64,000 bases of DNA from Phycisphaerae bacterium (GTDB lineage Bacteria > Planctomycetota > Phycisphaerae > UBA1845), in the NCBI GenBank assembly GCA_029260135.1, contig JAJDDV010000146.1:33303-97302 (forward strand), written 5' to 3'. Shown one piece after another: positions 51,790 through 61,703 of the stretch (position 1 is the stretch's first letter; every line of letters begins with the position of its first letter). The notes under the pieces are model-generated. The model was given only the letters and a program-made list of their open reading frames with translations. It was not told where the DNA came from and made no database searches. The position numbers were made by a program, and so were the translations under genes.

Positions 51790-52599
51790 ATGGCGATAAC
51801 CGCACTACATGCTGCCGCTTCGGGGATGAGGGCACTCGACGAGAAGCTCAACGTCGTGGCCAACAACCTGGCGAACATCAATACGCACGCGTTCAAGCGC
51901 TCTCGCGTGAACTTTGAGGATCTGCTGTATCAGGTGAAGCGCGAGCCGGGTATCCCCAACGCGGAAGACGAGCCGATTCCGCACGGTATCTTGATAGGAA
52001 CAGGTGTCACCGTATCGGGTACGCAGCTCAACTTTGCACCCGGCGCGGTGGATCGAACCGATAAGCCGCTGGACTTGCGCATCGACGGCGACGGGTTCTT
52101 TCAGGTTCGTACGGTTCATGACGGGGACACGATTACGGCCTATACGCGCGCCGGGAACTTCGTACGTAACGCGGAGGGCAACGTCGTGCTGGCGGACAGC
52201 GGCGGCGCGATCCTCGAACCGCCGATCGTCGTTCCGGAAGACGAGATCGAGATCTCCATCGGGCGAAACGGCGAGGTCCGGGTGCGTCAGCAGGGCGGAT
52301 CGACGCTGAACACGGTCGGGCAGATCGAGTTGGCGCGGTTCGTGAATCCGGAAGGTCTGACGCAGATCGGGCGAAACCTCTACCGCGATACCGACGCTTC
52401 CGGCGCAGCCGTAACGGGTGAGCCTGAGCAAGACGGACTCGGCGCGATCGCCCAGGGGCAGTTGGAAATGAGCAACGTCGATCCCGTTCGCGAGTTGATC
52501 GGTCTGATCACGACGCAGCGGGCCTTCGAATTGAACAGTCAGTCGATTCAGAGCGCCGATGAGACGCTCCAGATTATCTCGAACCTGCGGAGGTTCTAG
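51790..52599 (+). CDS. flgG: Flagellar distal rod protein FlgG
   Basis: MAITALHAAASGMRALDEKLNVVANNLANINTHAFKRSR.. and C-terminal ..LEMSNVDPVRELIGLITTQRAFELNSQSIQSADE. Confidence 0.93.
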   Translation: MAITALHAAASGMRALDEKLNVVANNLANINTHAFKRSRVNFEDLLYQVKREPGIPNAEDEPIPHGILIGTGVTVSGTQLNFAPGAVDRTDKPLDLRIDGDGFFQVRTVHDGDTITAYTRAGNFVRNAEGNVVLADSGGAILEPPIVVPEDEIEISIGRNGEVRVRQQGGSTLNTVGQIELARFVNPEGLTQIGRNLYRDTDASGAAVTGEPEQDGLGAIAQGQLEMSNVDPVRELIGLITTQRAFELNSQSIQSADETLQIISNLRRF

Positions 52600-52668
52600 C
52601 GGAATTCAAAAAGTGACATGAACAAGGCACTGTGATGCACCGAACGCGGAGGCGCCGTCCGCCGCGCC

Positions 52669-53838
52669 GTGCAGGATGCAATGATGAAACGCAAGGATTG
52701 CGATCATTTCGATAGGCTCACCCGGCCCCAGCGATGCGCGCGCTTCGGTTCGCTCTTTCCGTTTGGCGTGATGGTCGTGGTCGGCGTGATGACCTCCGCG
52801 ACACTGGGAGGGTCGATTCGCGTCTGGTCATCGGCCGTCGTCGTGGACGACACCGTCTACCTGGGCGATCTGGCGCAACTCCGAGATTTCGCGACCGATC
52901 CGGCACTGGCCAAGCTTGTGGTGACGACCGCACCGCAGCCGGGAGGTTCGCGCGTGATACACCGCGACATGATCCGGTCCGTCGTCGAAGCGAGTGGCGC
53001 GAACATGGCTACGGTTATGCTCGGCGGGGCAACGCAATGTGCTGTGACTCGTCCGGCGACGCCGGTCGTTCGGGACGCGGCTTCATCGCAGCATCGGTCC
53101 ACGCCGTCCACGAGAAACACCGCCACGAGTCGAAGGGCGAAGCGGCAGGCGTCGCCGGCGGGCGTTGCGACGTTGCGGCAAGCGGTTGTCGATCATTTCA
53201 ACAGCGAGCTGTCGCGGTATGGCGGAACGGCTGAGATCGTGTTCGATCGGGCCTCGCAGCAGGTGCTGGACCTTTCCGGTCCGGATTACACGTTCCACGT
53301 CCGCCGCCGAAACGGTCCACCGCTTGGATTGATTCAAGCCGAGGTCGACGTGACTGCAAACGGCGTCAGCGTCCAGACCGTTCCACTCGTACTCCAGATT
53401 TCGATGACGCGTCATGTGGTGGTCGCCCGACGATCGATCAACCAGGGTGCGGCCGTCCGGGCGTCGGATGTCGAGGTCACTCCGCTTCGGTTCTCCCGGA
53501 TTCAGAAGTTGGGGCTCGACCATGTCGCCTTGGCCGTTGGGCAGCGAGCGAAGCGGTTCATTGCCGCCGGGACAGCCATCGAGTCGGAGCAATTGGAATC
53601 CGTGCCGCTGGTGGTCCGGGGTCAGCTCGTCACGCTGACTTCGGTGTCCGGATCCGTCCGCGTGGTGACGACCGTCAAAGCGCAAGATGCCGGCCTCCTC
53701 GGCGAAACGATCACTGTGCGTTCGACGGACAATCGGCGAGTGGCTTTCGACGCGGTCGTCGCCGGCCCCGGACAGGTTCAGGTCGGAGGCCGACCGGCGT
53801 CGTCTACCGCCGCCATCGCACTGGGGGGGCAGCGGTGA
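52669..53838 (+). CDS. flgA: FlgA-like P-ring assembly chaperone (long form with low-complexity insert)
   Basis: C-terminal SAF/FlgA pattern (..RFIAAGTAIESEQLE..VVRGQLVTLTSVSGSVRVVTTVKAQDAGLLGETITVRS..). It sits between flgG and flgH. The exact start is uncertain. Confidence 0.7.
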   Translation: MQDAMMKRKDCDHFDRLTRPQRCARFGSLFPFGVMVVVGVMTSATLGGSIRVWSSAVVVDDTVYLGDLAQLRDFATDPALAKLVVTTAPQPGGSRVIHRDMIRSVVEASGANMATVMLGGATQCAVTRPATPVVRDAASSQHRSTPSTRNTATSRRAKRQASPAGVATLRQAVVDHFNSELSRYGGTAEIVFDRASQQVLDLSGPDYTFHVRRRNGPPLGLIQAEVDVTANGVSVQTVPLVLQISMTRHVVVARRSINQGAAVRASDVEVTPLRFSRIQKLGLDHVALAVGQRAKRFIAAGTAIESEQLESVPLVVRGQLVTLTSVSGSVRVVTTVKAQDAGLLGETITVRSTDNRRVAFDAVVAGPGQVQVGGRPASSTAAIALGGQR

Positions 53839-54551
53839 ATACTCGGATGACCCTCTTCGTTGCGACTCTCCTGGCCGTTGGCGTCACCTGCACGGCCGGT
53901 GCGCAGACGTCGTCGTTGGGCGCGAAGAAACGCCGCGCCGATGCCGGTAAGACGCCCAAGATCGCCTCGCGCGAGGCGCCGCACGTTGAACGAAACCCTG
54001 TCTATACGCAGTTCTCCTGGGTGTCCGGTCCGCCGCGCAAACCGAAGACCTTCACCATCGGCGACCTCGTCACCGTCATCGTTCGGGAGCGCCGCCAATA
54101 CGAGGCCGATGCCGACCTCTCCTCGAAGAAGAAGCTCAACCTCAAGAGCGACCTGAACGCCTTCATCAAACTCACTGACAAGGGGCTCGGTTCGGCGGCG
54201 TTTCGTCGAGGCAAGCCCTCCATTGACTACAGCTTCGACAACAACCTCAAGAGCGAAGCTGACAGTGAGCGCGAAGATAGTCTCACGTTCCGATTGACGG
54301 GTCGCATTATTGATGTCAAGCCGAACGGCGTTCTGATCTTGGAGGCCAAAGCGCGCGTTCAGCATGACGACGAAGTCAGTGTCGTCACCGTGACGGGTGG
54401 GTGTCGCAAGGAAGACGTCACGGCGGACAACACGATCTTGAGTACGCAGCTGGTCGACAAGACGATCGCCGTAGAGAACAGCGGCGCGCTGCGCGAGGCC
54501 ACCACCCGCGGATGGATTCTCAGGTTCCTGGAATTGTTGAAACCGGTGTGA
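53835..54551 (+). CDS. flgH: Flagellar L-ring protein FlgH
   Basis: Signal peptide, then ..FTIGDLVTVIVRE.. and ..TGRIIDVKPNGVLILEAKARV... GTG start overlaps the flgA stop. Confidence 0.88.
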   Translation: MNTRMTLFVATLLAVGVTCTAGAQTSSLGAKKRRADAGKTPKIASREAPHVERNPVYTQFSWVSGPPRKPKTFTIGDLVTVIVRERRQYEADADLSSKKKLNLKSDLNAFIKLTDKGLGSAAFRRGKPSIDYSFDNNLKSEADSEREDSLTFRLTGRIIDVKPNGVLILEAKARVQHDDEVSVVTVTGGCRKEDVTADNTILSTQLVDKTIAVENSGALREATTRGWILRFLELLKPV

Positions 54552-54555
54552 TGCG

Positions 54556-55689
54556 ATGAACCGTTGCATAGGAACAACACTATTGCTCACGGCGCTATTG
54601 GCGCTCGAGGCCTTGGCCCAGGCGCCTGTTGCGCGTGTCGCCGACGTGACAAGGTTGCAGGGGCAGGGCGTCAACGTCCTACTGGGCTACGGACTCGTCA
54701 CCGGACTCAACCAGACGGGGGACGACGCCAAGTATCTTCAGACCATCAAGGCGGTTCGCGCGATGATGGAGCGATTCGGCGCGAACATCGACGACGTCGA
54801 CGAGCTTTCGAAGGGGAAGAACGCCGCGATGGTCATGATCGAGGTCGTGATTCCCGAGCACGGCGCTCGCGAGGGTGACCTTCTGGACGTGTCGGTCACG
54901 GCGCTCGCGGCCGAGAGCCTCGAAGGTGGGCGTCTGTTGCCCACGCCGCTGGTGTACCATGACCGTAGCGTCGAAGGACTCTTCGGGTTCGCCCAGGGGC
55001 GCATTCTGACCACCGAAAACCTGCCGACTGCGGGGATCATTCGCAAAGGTGCCCGGATGGAGCGCGATGTCTTCATGCACGTTGTCACCGGAGGGTCCCA
55101 GCTTCGAGCGACGGGGCTTCTGAGCCCGTGGATTCGATCAGACCAGACCTACATCACGCTCGTTCTCGACGAGGTACACGCCGGGTGGTCGATGGCGGCC
55201 GCCGTCGCACAGGCGGTGGACAAAGAGCTTAGCCTGTCTGCCGATGTCGACCGTGTGGCACTGGCGGTCGACAGCAAGAGTATCGTCGTGCTGCTCCCTG
55301 AACATCAACGCGGCGATCCCGCGTCCTGGATTCGAGACGTCGAGCAGACGCCGATTTTGATGGAGTCGAACGAGGCTCGCGTAACGATCAATCGGACGGC
55401 CGGTACGATCGTCATTACGGGTGACACGAGACTGTCACCAGTCGTTGTATCGCAACGTGGTATGACGGTAACCGTCGCAACGCCGACAGTCGACGGCGTC
55501 GTTGTTGAACCCGTGTTCAAGCAGCAGCGGTTCGTGCCGCTGGACCCAGAAACGAATCGTTCGGCCAACGTGCAGGATCTGCTCGAAGCGTTGAATCGCC
55601 TCCAGGTTCCATTCACGGACCGGGTCTCGATTCTTGAAGAGATCCACCGCGTGGGCAAGCTTCACGCGCAGCTTTTATACGAGGGATAG
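54556..55689 (+). CDS. flgI: Flagellar P-ring protein FlgI
   Basis: Signal peptide, then ..RVADVTRLQGQGVNVLLGYGLVTGLNQTGD.. and ..ARVTINRTAGTIVITGDTRLSPVVVSQ.. Confidence 0.92.
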   Translation: MNRCIGTTLLLTALLALEALAQAPVARVADVTRLQGQGVNVLLGYGLVTGLNQTGDDAKYLQTIKAVRAMMERFGANIDDVDELSKGKNAAMVMIEVVIPEHGAREGDLLDVSVTALAAESLEGGRLLPTPLVYHDRSVEGLFGFAQGRILTTENLPTAGIIRKGARMERDVFMHVVTGGSQLRATGLLSPWIRSDQTYITLVLDEVHAGWSMAAAVAQAVDKELSLSADVDRVALAVDSKSIVVLLPEHQRGDPASWIRDVEQTPILMESNEARVTINRTAGTIVITGDTRLSPVVVSQRGMTVTVATPTVDGVVVEPVFKQQRFVPLDPETNRSANVQDLLEALNRLQVPFTDRVSILEEIHRVGKLHAQLLYEG

Positions 55690-55691
55690 AC

Positions 55692-56054
55692 GTGAACGTG
55701 TTGACGGAAATGAATGCGACATCCGCCGCGCCCAGCGGCGTCGAGACCGATCTCGCCCGATTGCGGGAGACGGTCGGTCGGGTCGTCGGTTCCGCTTTCT
55801 ACGGAACGCTGCTGCAGTCGATGCGAGAGAGCAGTCTGAATACGTCGGTGGGACACGGTGGCCGCGGCGAAGAAGTCTTTGCTGCGCAGCTTCATGGGCT
55901 ATGGGCGGAACGACTGGGAACAACAACACGCGGCGGGCTGACGGATGCCCTGTACGAAAGCCTGGCGCAGCAACAGCGACTCGTCAGCCGAGCCGGCGCC
56001 CAGGGTGCCGGCGACACCGACGCTCAACTGGCGGATGGCGGGAAACGGAAATGA
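55692..56054 (+). CDS. flgJ: Rod-binding protein (FlgJ N-terminal domain type, no muramidase domain)
   Basis: 120 aa. ..VGSAFYGTLLQSMRES....GG.GEEVFAAQLHGLWAE.. matches the rod-binding pattern. It follows flgI. Confidence 0.7.
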   Translation: MNVLTEMNATSAAPSGVETDLARLRETVGRVVGSAFYGTLLQSMRESSLNTSVGHGGRGEEVFAAQLHGLWAERLGTTTRGGLTDALYESLAQQQRLVSRAGAQGAGDTDAQLADGGKRK

Positions 56055-56572
56055 CGTACCTTACAGACTGCAAGAGGATCAAGGATCTTGTGCGGCTCTT
56101 CGGCTCGCTCGAACGGCTGCAGGATCGATTGTTGACCTTGATCCAGTCCAAGATCGATGCCATGCGCCGTGCGGATATCGCGGCCATGCGCGAGCTGGGC
56201 GATCAGGAACGCGAGGTTGTGATGCGCCTTCACGAGCGCGACGGGCTGCGATGCCAGCTGATGGAAGAAATCGGTCGACAGCTTCGTCTTCCGCCGCGCG
56301 CCGCCCGTGCCCTTCCCGTGTCACAGTTGGCCGCGCGTCTTCCGAAATCAGAGCAGGGTCCGTTGCTCGGCGCGGCAGGGAGCCTCGCAGCGGCGGCAAC
56401 CAAGGTGGCGCAGGTGAATCGCGTCGCCGGTGCCGTTTCGCGCGACCTTTTGCATCATCTGAACTGGGTGTTTGCCTCCGTACGACCGCGCGACGCGGCG
56501 CCCATCGGATACGCGGGTAACGGCGCACTCGTGTCGCCGGGAAATCAGAGAATCTTCGAGACGATTGGATAG
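56051..56572 (+). CDS. flgN: FlgN-like flagellar export chaperone
   Basis: 173 aa. ATG 56051 overlaps the flgJ stop (ATGA). It is helical (..LERLQDRLLTLIQSKIDAMRRADIAAMRELGDQEREV..) and sits immediately upstream of flgK and flgL, the usual FlgN clients. Confidence 0.6.
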   Translation: MTYLTDCKRIKDLVRLFGSLERLQDRLLTLIQSKIDAMRRADIAAMRELGDQEREVVMRLHERDGLRCQLMEEIGRQLRLPPRAARALPVSQLAARLPKSEQGPLLGAAGSLAAAATKVAQVNRVAGAVSRDLLHHLNWVFASVRPRDAAPIGYAGNGALVSPGNQRIFETIG

Positions 56573-56603
56573 GAAGAACCGGCACGCTGCCGGTGGTGAA
56601 GTC

Positions 56604-58328
56604 ATGGGATTGCTTAACTCCGCCCTGCAAATCGGCCGATCGGCGTTGCTCGGATACGAGGGAGCGCTCCACGTCGTTGGTGGAAACATCAGCAGCGCCG
56701 CGAGTCCGGATTACACGCGGCTTTCGCCGCAACTCGATCCGCTTCATGGCACACCGATCACCGGTGAATTGCAGCCCGGGGCCGGCGTCGCGCTCAACGA
56801 GATTCAGCGCAATATCGACGAGGCCCTGGAGGGACGCGTCAGGTTGGCCATTGGCGCCGAGGCGTCGGCCACCGCCCAATCGGAAACGCTCGCACGCATC
56901 GAGCCCATGTTCGACGAACTAAACCAAGGCGCGATCGGCGCGAGGCTCTCGCAGTTCTTCCGTTCCTTCGGAGAGCTGCAGACCACGCCGGAGGACCCGG
57001 CCATTCGAGACCTCGTCATCAGTGACGGGACACGCCTGGCGGAGTCGCTTCGTGATGTGCGCTCCCAACTGGAGGGGCTGAGTGACGACATCGATCAGCA
57101 GATCGCCGCGGCGGTTGAAAGCGCCGACGGCATCGCTCGGGAGATCGCGCGCCTCAATCAAGAGATCAGCACGGCGGAGTCCGGCGCCAGAGCACCCGCC
57201 TCCGGACTTCGTGACCAACGCGACGGCTTGCTCCGCGAGCTCAGTGAGCTGTTCGATGTGACGGTGCGCGAGCAATCGAACGGAACGATCAACGTCTACG
57301 CCGGAAGTGAAGTGCTCGTGCAGGGGAGCTCGGTGCGAGGGCTTGCGGCTGTCAGTGAGATTGTCGATGGTGTCGAAAGAACTTCGGTTCGATTCGAGAG
57401 CGCCAACCAGCAGGTCAGCGCGCGGGGGGGACGGCTCGAGGGCCTGCTCCTCAGTCGCGATCAACACCAGCAGATCGCCGCGCTCGACCAATTGGCATCG
57501 GTCATCATCCAAGAGGTCAACAGCATTCATGCCGATGGACAGGGGCTCACCGGTTTCCGTACGGTGACCGGGACCAGCGTTCTATCCGCGACCGATACAC
57601 CGCTCGACGATGCGGCTGCGGGCCTGATGACGCCCGTGCAGAGCGGAAGTTTCTTTGTGACCGTTTCCGACGATGCGACCGCTACGCCTGTCGCTTATCG
57701 TATGGACGTCAATGTCGACGGAACGGACACCGGGGCGACGCTCGAGTCGCTCGTGACCGATTTCAACGCGCAGGTTCAGGGTGTAGCCGCTTCCATCAAC
57801 GCCGAGAACCAGCTCGAATTCGCAGCCGAGGACGGCTTCTCCTTCAGTTTCGGCCACGATGGACAGACCGCGCGCGCCGATACCTCGGGCGCCCTGGCCG
57901 CACTCGGGATGAACACGTTTTTCACCGGCAATGACGCTCGAACGATCGCACTGAATGCGACCGCAGCCGAGCAGCCGTTGCTCATCGCCGCCGGGTCGGT
58001 GTTCCTTCCGGGTGACGGCGCCACCGCCGGACGGATTGCGGCGCTCGACACCGCCACGCTCGAGAGTCTCGGCGGCATCTCACTGCTGAGCCACTACCGT
58101 TCCGTGGCCAACGCCGTCGCGGTCAGTTCAGCCGCGACCCGTGACGGCAGAGACGCGGCGGCCGTCGTACTGGAATCGCTCCGGGCGCAGCGTGAGAGCA
58201 TCAGCGGTGTGAATCTGGACGAGGAGGCCATCTCACTCGTGAAGTACGAGCGGGCCTTCCAGAGTACGTCCCGATTCATCCGCGTTGTCGACGACCTGAT
58301 TCAGGAGATGGTCACTCTCGTGAGATAG
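56604..58328 (+). CDS. flgK: Flagellar hook-associated protein 1 FlgK
   Basis: MGLLNSALQIGRSALLGYEGALHVVGGNISSAASPDYTR.. and C-terminal ..ISGVNLDEEAISLVKYERAFQSTSRFIRVVDDL... Start at ATG 56604. Confidence 0.92.
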   Translation: MGLLNSALQIGRSALLGYEGALHVVGGNISSAASPDYTRLSPQLDPLHGTPITGELQPGAGVALNEIQRNIDEALEGRVRLAIGAEASATAQSETLARIEPMFDELNQGAIGARLSQFFRSFGELQTTPEDPAIRDLVISDGTRLAESLRDVRSQLEGLSDDIDQQIAAAVESADGIAREIARLNQEISTAESGARAPASGLRDQRDGLLRELSELFDVTVREQSNGTINVYAGSEVLVQGSSVRGLAAVSEIVDGVERTSVRFESANQQVSARGGRLEGLLLSRDQHQQIAALDQLASVIIQEVNSIHADGQGLTGFRTVTGTSVLSATDTPLDDAAAGLMTPVQSGSFFVTVSDDATATPVAYRMDVNVDGTDTGATLESLVTDFNAQVQGVAASINAENQLEFAAEDGFSFSFGHDGQTARADTSGALAALGMNTFFTGNDARTIALNATAAEQPLLIAAGSVFLPGDGATAGRIAALDTATLESLGGISLLSHYRSVANAVAVSSAATRDGRDAAAVVLESLRAQRESISGVNLDEEAISLVKYERAFQSTSRFIRVVDDLIQEMVTLVR

Positions 58329-58338
58329 GCAAAACGCC

Positions 58339-60294
58339 ATGGCCGTAAGCCCGATCAACCTATCGAGGATCAGTCACAACCTGCAGACGAACTTCGTACT
58401 TGGGTCCCTGCAACGGACCCAAAGAGAACTCTACACGACGCAAGCGCGCATCGCCTCGGGCCGCGACTTCGTATCCCCGAGTGAGAATCCGGTGGGCGCT
58501 TCCCGAGCCCTCGATCTCACCCAGGCGCGGCAGCGCCAGGATCAGTTCGTCGCCAACTTGAGGCAAGGCGACGGCCTCCTTTCCGCCGCCGACTCAGCTT
58601 TCATCGACGTCAACGACCTGCTCATACAGGCCTCCGTCATCGCCAGTCAAAGCCTCAACAGCGTCGTCAGCGCCGACGAACGCGAAGCCGAGGCGGAGAT
58701 CGTCAGTCGCATTCGCCAGCAGGTGCAGGATGTGGCGAACCGATCGCTCAACGGCCGTCACATCTTCGCCGGCCGAAGCACGATGGACAATCCGTTCATC
58801 GATGCATTGGGCGGCGTTGCCTATGTCGGCGACACCCAAGCACTCTCGATCCGTGCGAACGACGGTCAGATCGCCGGCGTCAGCGTAACGGGCGATCTTC
58901 TCTTCGGTGCTCTTTCGCAGCCGCTGTCGCGCGATGTCGATCTTGCACCCAGCCTTGCCGCCGATGTCCGGCTCGACGACATCAACGGTCCTGGCGGAAG
59001 GACCATCGAGACCGGAACGCTCGTCTTCAACGAGGTTACCGGCGCCGGCACCTTCCGTGTCGACCTCGGTGGCGCGGGGACCATCGGCGACATTGTCGAC
59101 CTGGTCAACGCGGCCGCGACCGCCGCCGGCGCGACGTTGCAGGCGTCGCTCGAAGACAACTCGCTGGTGATCACACCCGGAAGTTCCGACATCGCCGTGA
59201 CCGACACGAACGCCGGATCCACGACGCGCTCCCTGGGGCTCACCACTGCGCAGCCGACATCGGAGCCCCTATCGAGTGTGCTCACCGCACGACTGACGCG
59301 GTTGACGCCGGTCGATCGCATCGCGGGCGGCGCGGGCATCGATCTCGACGGCGGCATCGTGATCACCAACGGTCAGCGTTCTACGGTCCTCGACCTCGGT
59401 AGTGCCGAGACCGTGCAGGACATCATTAACGCCATCAACGGAGCCGACGTGTTCGTCCTGGCGAGGATCAGCGACGACGGTACCGGAATCGACGTCTTCA
59501 ATCAGGTCTCCGGGACCTCTCTTTCGATCGGCGAGAGTGCCGGAACCACCGCCGCCGACCTGGGGATCCGTACGATGAACGTCGCCACACCGTTGTCCCA
59601 GTTGAATTTCGGACGCGGTGTCGGCGTGGCGGACGGCAAGGACGACCTGCAGGTGATCACCAAGGACGGCTCGAGCGTCCCTGTCAACCTCGACGGCGCC
59701 CAGACCATCGGCGACGTCATCGATCTGATCAACGATGCCGCCACCACCGAAGGCGTGTCGGTCACCGCTTCCTTCGCCGACCTCGATACGGGTTCCCTGA
59801 GCGGTAACGGCATTCGCCTCGAAGACGGGACCGGTGGGACCGGCGATCTGACGGTCAGCCCGCTCAACCTTTCTACCGCGGTTGATGACCTGGGTCTGCG
59901 AAAAACCGTAACCGGCGATGGTGCCGAACTTGTCGGCGACGACGTCAACCCGACGCGCACCGAGGGGATCATTGGCGTTCTGTTTGACTTGGAAAACGCA
60001 TTGCGAAGCGACAACACGCGGGGCATCGCGGACGCGGGGGCGCGTCTCGACGGGCTTCGCCAAGAGACGATCCGGGTGCAAGGGATCGTCGGTGCACGGT
60101 CGCAGTCCATGAAATCACGCTTGTCTCAAATGGAAGACACCGCCGCCACGACCGACCGGCTGCTATCGGAGGTACAGGATCTCGACTTCGCGGAAGCCGC
60201 GACGGCGATGCAGGCGGCCATGACACAGCTGCAAGCGAACCTGCAGGTGAGTTCGTCCCTGATGAACTTGTCGCTGCTGGATTTCCTCCGGTAG
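58339..60294 (+). CDS. flgL: Flagellar hook-associated protein 3 FlgL (long form, 651 aa)
   Basis: Flagellin-like N-terminus (..LQRTQRELYTTQARIASGRDF..PSENPVGA..) and C-terminus (..DLDFAEAATAMQAAMTQLQANLQVSS..). The central region has three copies of a flagellin-IN-type motif. Confidence 0.85.
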   Translation: MAVSPINLSRISHNLQTNFVLGSLQRTQRELYTTQARIASGRDFVSPSENPVGASRALDLTQARQRQDQFVANLRQGDGLLSAADSAFIDVNDLLIQASVIASQSLNSVVSADEREAEAEIVSRIRQQVQDVANRSLNGRHIFAGRSTMDNPFIDALGGVAYVGDTQALSIRANDGQIAGVSVTGDLLFGALSQPLSRDVDLAPSLAADVRLDDINGPGGRTIETGTLVFNEVTGAGTFRVDLGGAGTIGDIVDLVNAAATAAGATLQASLEDNSLVITPGSSDIAVTDTNAGSTTRSLGLTTAQPTSEPLSSVLTARLTRLTPVDRIAGGAGIDLDGGIVITNGQRSTVLDLGSAETVQDIINAINGADVFVLARISDDGTGIDVFNQVSGTSLSIGESAGTTAADLGIRTMNVATPLSQLNFGRGVGVADGKDDLQVITKDGSSVPVNLDGAQTIGDVIDLINDAATTEGVSVTASFADLDTGSLSGNGIRLEDGTGGTGDLTVSPLNLSTAVDDLGLRKTVTGDGAELVGDDVNPTRTEGIIGVLFDLENALRSDNTRGIADAGARLDGLRQETIRVQGIVGARSQSMKSRLSQMEDTAATTDRLLSEVQDLDFAEAATAMQAAMTQLQANLQVSSSLMNLSLLDFLR

Positions 60295-60538
60295 CGATCG
60301 CGCCGGTCCTTGACCGGCGATGTGTGGCACCGGTTTGTAGCCGGTGAATGTTATGTGAAAGAGGCACGCAACATGGTGCGGTCCGCCTGGCGGATCGTGG
60401 AGCGTCCGGCTTTGGATTTGGAAGTCGGCGTGCGCCGTACGACGCGACGCACGCCTAGGCGCAATTGGATGGTGATCGAAAGGTCGGTCGCGGCGCCCAA
60501 GAAGGCCGAACGCGGGCATCGAGCATGGGAGATTTGCG

Positions 60539-60988
60539 ATGCTGATCCATACGTCGCGCTTTGGGCAGTTGGACGTTGACCAAGATCGCTTCATCGTCTT
60601 TGACGAGGGCATCTTGGGATTCCCGAAGCAGCACGCGTACGCACTGATCCAGACGAGTGAGGAGAGCGGGTTCTATTGGCTACAGTCCATTGATACACCC
60701 GAGCTCGCCTTTGTCGTTTGCGATCCGAGACTTTTCGTGGCCGACTATCAGGCTCCGGCAAAGCTCGAGGAGTTGGAAGGGATCGGATTGTCCGAACCAC
60801 AGAAGGCTCAGGTTTTCACGATCGTCAACAAGATTGGCGATCTGCTGACCGGGAATTTCCAGGGTCCGCTCGTGGTGAATGTCGAGAACCGTCGCGCAAA
60901 GCAGCTCGTGCTCAGCGACAAACGCTACTCGACGCGCCATCCGTTGATGCGGGTCGGCCAATTGATGGCGTTTGGCAAGACCGCGTAA
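60539..60988 (+). CDS. fliW: Flagellar assembly factor FliW
   Basis: MLIHTSRFGQLDVDQDRFIVFDEGILGFP......L......FYWLQS.D.PELAFVV.DP. Size is 149 aa. Confidence 0.9.
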   Translation: MLIHTSRFGQLDVDQDRFIVFDEGILGFPKQHAYALIQTSEESGFYWLQSIDTPELAFVVCDPRLFVADYQAPAKLEELEGIGLSEPQKAQVFTIVNKIGDLLTGNFQGPLVVNVENRRAKQLVLSDKRYSTRHPLMRVGQLMAFGKTA

Positions 60989-61220
60989 TTCCGAAGGTGG
61001 TAAACGCCTTGGGGGCAAAGCTACAATCATGAGGATCGTCGCTTTTAGCCTGAAGAGTCCGACCGCGATCGGAGCTTTGCGGTGGGACCAGGTGGCGCAC
61101 GACGGCGAGGATATGTCGCCCGTCAACCGCTCCCCCGATACTGTTCGGCATGAAGACGCCGCGGGCCCGGCCCGCAACCAACGCCCACACGTGGGTCTAT
61201 GACCCCGGAAGGAGCCGACG

Positions 61221-61601
61221 ATGTTGGTGCTATCTAGACAACGCGATGAGACAATCATGATCGGCGACGAAGTGGAGATCACCGTCGTCGACATTCGTGG
61301 CGATAAGGTGCGGCTGGGGATCACGGCGCCCCGGTCGATCCAGGTTCACCGTAAAGAGGTCTACGACGCGATCAAACGAGAGAATCAGCAGGCGGCAAAG
61401 CTCAAGCCCCGCGATGTCTCGGACGTCGTAGATCATGACGCGGAGAATCATCGATCGTTGAAACCTCTGCGAGACGCCGAAGACACGCCGACCGATGACG
61501 TGTCGCGAAAAGCGAAGAATGAAAAGAACGAGCCCAAACCGGGTAACGGAAAGAAACTCGATGACCCGCAACCGTCCGAAGGCGCGGGTTGGTCGCCGTA
61601 A
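61221..61601 (+). CDS. csrA: Carbon storage regulator CsrA with a roughly 55-aa C-terminal extension
   Basis: [55 protein letters not shown].., then a charged, Pro-containing tail up to 126 aa. The SD region is CGGAAGGAG. Confidence 0.93.
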   Translation: MLVLSRQRDETIMIGDEVEITVVDIRGDKVRLGITAPRSIQVHRKEVYDAIKRENQQAAKLKPRDVSDVVDHDAENHRSLKPLRDAEDTPTDDVSRKAKNEKNEPKPGNGKKLDDPQPSEGAGWSP

Positions 61602-61703
61602 CGGAGTTCATCGTGATGCGATGGTGTCGGTGAACCGACGAGTCGAAACATGGATGTATCTGGCGGTTCCCGGATGAACCGAGCCAATCAGGGAGGATGA
61701 CTC
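61602..61703 (+). promoter_or_regulatory. Flagellin 5' leader with CsrA-type GGA sites (hairpin-loop GGA plus SD-overlapping GGA-GGA)
   Basis: Hairpin GGTTC-CCGGAT-GAACC (61665-61680) presents GGA in its loop. AGGGAGGA (61691-61697) is the SD, 6 nt before ATG 61704. Further GGA motifs lie at 61603 and 61652. Confidence 0.55.

Noticed and set aside
60325-60341. TGGCACCGGTTTGTAGC after flgL, considered as a sigma54 promoter (TGGCAC-N5-TTGC) for fliW.
   Set aside because: The -12 element is off by one position and reads TTGT rather than TTGC. The sequence is also part of a hairpin (CACCGG-TTTGTAG-CCGGTG). This is too weak to call without data.
61001-61027. TAAA-N15-GCTACAAT upstream of csrA, considered as a sigma28 (FliA) promoter, or TACAAT as a sigma70 -10 box.
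   Set aside because: The spacing fits sigma28, but the -10 element matches GCCGATAA at only about 3 of 8 positions. The sigma70 reading lacks a convincing -35 element. Not reported as a feature.
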